A stretch of 64,000 bases of DNA from positions 1 through 64,000 of the forward strand of contig CAWAWB010000015.1 in assembly GCA_963785635.1 (NCBI GenBank), given 5' to 3'. Of this stretch, positions 58,142 through 64,000 are shown piece by piece. The stretch is from an uncultured Phycisphaerales bacterium (GTDB lineage: Bacteria > Planctomycetota > Phycisphaerae > SM23-33 > FEN-1343). The notes below the pieces were generated by a model. The model was given only the letters and a program-made list of their open reading frames with translations, did not search any database and was not told the origin of the DNA. Every line of letters starts with the position of its first letter. Within the stretch, counting starts at the first letter, position 1. Made by a program: the position numbers and the translations under genes.

Positions 58142-61100
58142 CTACACCACGCGAATGATGAAATCCGTGAAGCTCTCGGGGGTCGCATCTGTCGGATTGG
58201 GCCAGGTGTAGCTCGTCGTGGCATCGTGGTAATTCAGCCGCGTAATGGAGTTGGCTGCCAGGCCGAACTTCTTGCCGGTGTTGTCGAACTTCGCGTAGGC
58301 GATATTCATCGTCCCCAGCTTGGCCGCCACGATATCGCTGTTGATGAAGCTGTCCACGTGGCTGCGGGATTCCAGCAGGCCGCGCACGGTCACCGAGCCG
58401 ATGCTCGCATACGGGTTAAAGACGGTGTCATCCAGCGGTGTCGCGGGCAGTCCGGCCAGCGCACTTGCGGCGAAGTCGCCCGCGTCCAGGTAGCCGGCGT
58501 AAATGTTGCTGTCGGTTATGGTTCCCGCCTGGATGGACCCGATATTTCCGTTGGAGAGAATGTCGCTGGACATGATCGAGCCGGCCACCTTCAGGCTGGA
58601 TAGCGCCCGCGTCGGCGCCGCCTCCTGGCTGAATATGCCGGTCCATTGATTCACATCGGCACCGACCGTAATGTTTCCGGCGGATATAATCGTCCACTGG
58701 CCAGACAGGTTTCCGAAGATATATGCCGCGCTGACTGAACCGTGCTCGACATCCAACGTGGCGGCGAAGCTGCCATCCGCGGCGCCGCTGTTTCGGTTCA
58801 ACCTCGTGGCGATCAGGCCGACGGTTCCACTGGAGGTCAGTGTTCCGGTAAACCAGCGGCCTACCGTCAACGAGCGCACGTTGCCGACAGTCCAATCACC
58901 CACACTGACGGTGCCGGCGATGGATGCCGTCAGCGCCGGCATGCTTGCGCCGCTGCCATTCAAAGTGACATCCGGCTGGAAATCCCCCGGGTGCCCGCTG
59001 GCGCCGGTAACCATCAGGTTGGCCAGGGATGGAGCCGTAATCGAGTCTAACTGACCACTGCTTTGGCCGTCCAGCCAGCTTACGGCCTTCAGCGATTTGA
59101 TGGCCATATCGGAATCAATCTGAAGGTCCTGCACATTGCCCAGCGTGATGGCCGTGGCGAGCTTGCCCGCAGGAAACGCGTGCGTCTGGCCGTCAGAAGC
59201 GAGCTTCTGATCGATGGAAAGCACGTCTTCCGCACCGGAAGCCGCCGTCACGTCGCCCAGCACAATCTGCGCGGCCGTGCCGTTAATGGTCATATTCCCA
59301 TCCAGCACGACGTGAGGGGCGACAATGGATGCCACACTGCCATCCGCGCTGATCTCGCCGATGGAGGTGGTCGTGCCAAACGGCGTGGTGATGGTGACGT
59401 GCGTCCTGGCTGTTGCGCCGCCGATATCCAGCGCATCGATCTTGCCGGTGGTTGTGGCGTCCATCGTCAACTGAACATATCCGCCGCCGGAGATGGAGAT
59501 GGTAACCGGGGTGCCATTCTCATCGGTGACCGTTGCGCAGGCCACCGATATGGACCAGACGGCTCTGCTGGCCGGCATCCAGGGCGGTCAGCCCCGCCGC
59601 GCCATTGGCCAGCAGCCAGAGCGGCTGCTGGGTGGCGGTATTGATGCTGACCTGGCGGCCGGCGTAGCTATAGTCGTTAGCCGTTGTGCCATCGGATGCC
59701 TTAACGCTCCAGGCGCTCTTATACGTCGATTGGATCACAATGTGAGAAAGATCCAGCAGGCTGAGGATGTCAATCCCGCCCTCGTATCCGACCATGGCCG
59801 TCGTGCCGGAAACCGACAGCGTGGGCAGCACATTCTTGGCCGAATAAGTATGCGCCAGAAGGCCATGAGACGCGGGTGGCCGAAAGTCGAAACGTTATAG
59901 ACGCGCAGGCCATCGCTGCAAAGGACATACAACCTGTTGCCGTCCATGGCGGAGGCGAAGATGGCCTTTTTCACCAGGACCTGGTCAATCTTTACGTACG
60001 CACTGCCGGAAAGAATCTCGTTTTGGTCACCTTCAAAATTAAGGATAGTTCGTGTTTGCGACTGGCTCTTACTGTCGAAAGATACGATGTATCCATTGAG
60101 ATCCACATCCAGGACGTAGCCGTTGCTGACATAGACCCCCGTCGCCCAGGGAATATTCAAAGTTATATTCTCGGGCACTGGGGGAAGTTCTCGTATTTTA
60201 TGGAGGTGGCAAACGAAGGATATAACGATACGATAACCCGCAGGGGCTTGCGGGCATCCTGGGTGGCATTCGGCGTGGGGTCATGGCCAAGCACCTTCGG
60301 GTTGGTCACATCCAGCATGTACAGGCCCTGGCCCGGCGTGCCCACATAAGCAATCCGGTCCACCTCGGAGCCGAACTGCGTGGTCGAGCGGTCCTCAACC
60401 GTCACGGAATCGGCGTCCATGCTGAAAGTATCGAGATACTGGAGAACATTCGTCGTGTCGGTGGGATTGATCCTCAGGCTGACCAATCCCTGCGCACCGG
60501 CGGCCAGTAACAGCACCTGGTATGGGCCATTCGCATCCTGGTAGGTCAGCAGCTTCATGTCGTTAATTGAAAGCGAAGTACTCGAACTGGGGTTCCAGGC
60601 GCCGACGGGCGTGGGATCGGAGTTATTCGTCGTCAGATCGGAATTCTTATAGACCTCAAGCCCCTGGTCGGGCGTGCCCACAAACAGGAAATCGTCGGTC
60701 TGCATGGAGAAAACGGCCGTGTCATCCAGGTGCCATTGGGGCTGGACGACCTGGGTGGGACCGGGCGTGTTCGGCGCAAAAACGATGTTGAAGTTCTGGC
60801 TCTTGGGACGCTGCGTCGTATTGGTGGTCTGGTCCAGGACATTGTTGACATCCTGTTCTTCCCTGACCGTCACGTTCACGGTCACCACGCCGTAGAAGCC
60901 ATTCGGCGCGGTGATGGTGAAGATTCCGCTGTCGTTGGTTACCGTCGGTTCCTGCACCGTGCCGGTCATGCCGCTGATGATCTGGATCGAGCTATGCACG
61001 ACCTGGTCATCGGCGACGTTCAGCTTGAAGTAGGCCACATTGCTCGTCACCGCCGTCTGGTCGGCCGAAGTATTGCCGCTGGCATCCGTCAGCGTCAGTG

Positions 61101-64000
61101 TGTCGAATGTGGGCCTGCTGGCGCCCAGGCAGCTTACATAGAACTGAAAGACGGGCGACACCACGTTCCCGCCATCGGCTGACTGCGTCCACACCCATAT
61201 CCAAAACGGCTGAAGGTTTTGGCTGTAGTCGGATGGAAGCTCGACCTGCATCATGTACACGGCCAGAGACTTGTTCTTGCCCTGATAATTATCGGAGATG
61301 GTCCGGACCTTGATCTGGACATCGCTGCCCCCCGCGTCGGGCACATACGAATCGGCCGTCCTGACCACGATCCCCTGGCTGTCAGGTGCGGACTGGTCGC
61401 CCGATAGGTTCGTTGGATTCGTCGACTCGAAGCGCATCTCGATTTCCGGCTGGTAGGCGCTGAGGTCCTGATTGGTGAGGTTATCACTGCCGTCGGAGAC
61501 AGTGTTCACCATCTGAAGCTGGTTAACGGAGGACTTCGCCAGGATGCTGATGGTTTTTGTGACCGCCGTGCCACTGGAGTCGGTAACCGTAATCTGCACC
61601 TGCGCCGGACCGGTGAAGTTCTTGTCCGCGCTGACCATCAGGACCGCATCCTGATTATTCTGGCTGGAATTGATGATCTGCACGGATTTGAGCCGCGGCT
61701 CCGCAACGGGCTTGCCGCTGGCATCCGCTGGCCTATCAATAATCGCATTTAATGTATCCCAGCCGCTGATCATCTGACCGAAAATCGCATACCCGCTGGC
61801 GTTTACGGGCTCCTGCGTAATGAAGAAGCGGCAATCGCCGGTGCCGTCGCCCCCGTTGTTGGCCATGGCCAGAACGCCCGAACCCGCAAAGCTAAGATTT
61901 TTGTAGACCGTCGTGGTTTCAAAGGATGTGTTAATGTCGCCCAGCCCCGAAGAGCCCGTGCCATCGCCTTTCACCGCGTCGCCCGTCAGGAAAACCTCCC
62001 CAGGCACAACGCCGTACACCGGCACATTCGTGTAAAAGGCCGGGTGTGTGCTGTCAGGGGCGACCAGCTTGCCGTTGACGACGGCCTCTTGGGCCAGATC
62101 GATAAACCGCTGCACCGCGGCGGGCGCGAGGCTCTTATACAGCATCACGTAGATCGTGCCGAGCGTCCCATCATCCACCAGCGTCTCGGGAATGCCGTCG
62201 CCGTTGTTGTCCACCAGGTGCGTGCTGTCAAAGGTCAGCTTGGCGTAGACAACGGGCTGTTGCTGCTCCCAGGTGAAGGTCAGGCCGGGAGTATCGCTGG
62301 TCACGCTGTATGTCAGGCCCTGGCCAGGGGCATCCGTTCCTGCGATGGGGATGGCCAGTTGCGTGCCATCCGTGGGCGCCTGGAACACCGAGCCGGGGAT
62401 GTTCATGCCGGTCTGGAGGCCCGCGATCTGGAAGCTCTGCTCCTGGCTGGGCTCATCCGGCAATTCATTTACGCTCGCGCTGACCGTGGCATTGAAGGCC
62501 GAGCCGTCGTACGAGGTCGGCAAGGTCACGTGCAGAGTCCAGCCGCCGGCCGCATCGCCGTCGACGGAATAGTTAATGGCGCCAGGCCCCTGGTAGTTAT
62601 TTGACAAGGTGATTTGCAGCGTCCGCACAAAGTCTGGATCATCCACAAATCCTATGTTCAGCGGAATATTGAGCTGGCCGCTGGCGGCGTTGGAAATATC
62701 CGCTATGGGCGGCAGGTCAAATTGCTTCAGATTGACCGTGAAGGTCATGGACGAAACCGACGTGCCGCCCACAGGCGTAACGCTGACCGTCACATGCGCG
62801 GTGGCGGCGGTATTGGAGACTGGAGGCCGTCAGCACCAGCGTGTTGGCATTGTTGTTAACAGTCTGGAAACTGGCAGTCAGTCCGGATACAGCGGAACCG
62901 TCATCGGCCAGGATACTCGTTACCGTGGGGTTGTAATACTGTTGAATCTCGATCGGCAGGTTCAGCGTCTGGCCATCCAGCAGCACCTGGTCGGCAACCT
63001 GGGTAATCGGGCCTGAAGTAGCCGAAAGATTCTGTACCACCGGCGTGGCGTTGCCGAAATTGGTCAAGTCGGCCTCGATGATCACCGTGAAGGTTGAATT
63101 GTCATACAGGGCCCCCGGCGTCAGCTTCACCTGCCAGTTGCCATTGCCCAGATTTGTGTTCTGCACCAGCATCTGGTCGGCGGGATGGTAATTGGAAAAG
63201 GCCGTCACATTCAGGTTAAAGCCCTGAGGGCTGTTGTAGGTCACCGTGTACTGCTGGCCGGGCTGCTCCAGATCGATCGAGGAAATCCCCGAGATGGACG
63301 GCAGGTCCGGCTCGGTGGATTGAATGACAAAGGTCTGCGTCGTTACGCCGCCATGGCCATCATCCAGTTTTACCGATATCTGCTCCGAACCGCTGAAGCC
63401 GGCATCCGGCGTGATCAGAAGGGAGCCGGCCTCATTGTTGTGGACGATGGTCACGGACTGAAGTTTCGGCGTGTCCAATGGTTTGTTGTTGGAATCGGCC
63501 TGCCGGTTGATGATGTCGGTAATCACGTCCCAGCCCGAAATGACCTGGCCGAAGATGGGATACATCTGGGCAGGGGTTTTCGTGCCGTCGCCACTGGCCG
63601 AGAACGGCGCATCGGTAATGAAGAACTGATCGTTGCCCGTGTTAGGAACCGCGTTGCCGCTTTGATCTCCCTGCTCCGCCAGGCCCAGCACGCCCACGCC
63701 CTCATAGCCAAAAATGCCGAGGTTATTGTCGCCGGCGGTGGCGCCGTAAGAATCAGTAACGTTCGGCAAGGGGCTGGTGCCCGTGCCGTCGCCGTTGGTG
63801 GCGTCGCCGGATTGAATGATGAACTCCGGAATGACGCGGTGCACCAGCACATTCGTGTAGAAAGCCGGGTCGGCGGCGGTGGGATTCTGGGCCTTGCCGC
63901 CGGAGGTGATGTACTTCGTCGCCAGCGTGATAAACTGCTGCGCGGCCGTGGCGCCGGCAGTCCCAAATAAACTCGGATCATCAAATAACTGGATCACGAC
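58142..64000 (-). CDS. giant secreted/surface protein (more than 1,900 aa, continues beyond the window end) containing two cyclophilin-type PPIase-like domains; at least 4 frame interruptions (about 62825, 60170, 59850, 59565)
   Basis: Contiguous minus-strand ORFs 62717..63997, 60163..62793, 59735..60178, 59520..59831 and 58142..59578 join end to end. Two cyclophilin-like segments (...AFYTNV.VH/YGV.PG.....GD...GDGTG.S......FITQ/D.P.....Y.IFGQ.ISGWD). Thr/Ser/Gly/Asn-rich beta-repeat-like regions. Confidence 0.65.

Noticed and set aside
60163-63997. Two separate overlapping genes (62717..63997 and 60163..62793)
   Set aside because: The 77-bp overlap in different frames, the out-of-frame Arg/His-rich tail of the upstream ORF, and continuous sequence similarity across the junction all indicate one gene with a frameshift.

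Overview
This is a 64-kb, high-GC (about 62-64%) chromosomal segment from a Gram-negative-type bacterium. LpxB, a TolC-like outer-membrane efflux protein (OEP), lipobox lipoproteins, a PEP-CTERM tail and ECF sigma/anti-sigma genes suggest an Acidobacteria/Planctomycetes/Verrucomicrobia-like organism, but the lineage is not resolved. Mostly housekeeping genes are present: tig-clpP-clpP, a NfeD/flotillin pair, hom, apgM, lpxB, sensor kinases, a chemoreceptor, an SBP_5/Opp-type ABC uptake operon with a secreted beta-propeller hydrolase-like gene, an ECF sigma/anti-sigma pair with a MacB-type exporter and a PEP-CTERM protein, a polyol/inositol cluster (mtlD-like, ino1, HAD phosphatase), a 2-oxoacid (acetoin-type) dehydrogenase locus with fused E1, DeoR, E2 and E3, and the start of a giant surface protein with two cyclophilin-like domains (more than 5.8 kb). 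The most unusual property is the non-coding DNA. Nearly every intergenic region carries locus-specific 6-8-bp tandem repeat arrays, often as inverted pairs that would fold into long hairpins. There is a 1.4-kb block dense in (GGATTGC)n arrays, a BIME/REP-like hairpin cluster, and a 55-bp double-hairpin element present three times. An accessory stretch (6.3-11.6 kb) holds a low-GC islet with two small orphan genes, the repeat block, and an intact IS701-family insertion sequence with terminal inverted repeats. About 27 frameshifts interrupt otherwise recognisable genes, mostly 1-bp indels in G/C runs. These look like assembly errors more than pseudogenisation, with ino1 (5 shifts in 1.2 kb) a possible exception. 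No rRNA, tRNA or CRISPR was found.
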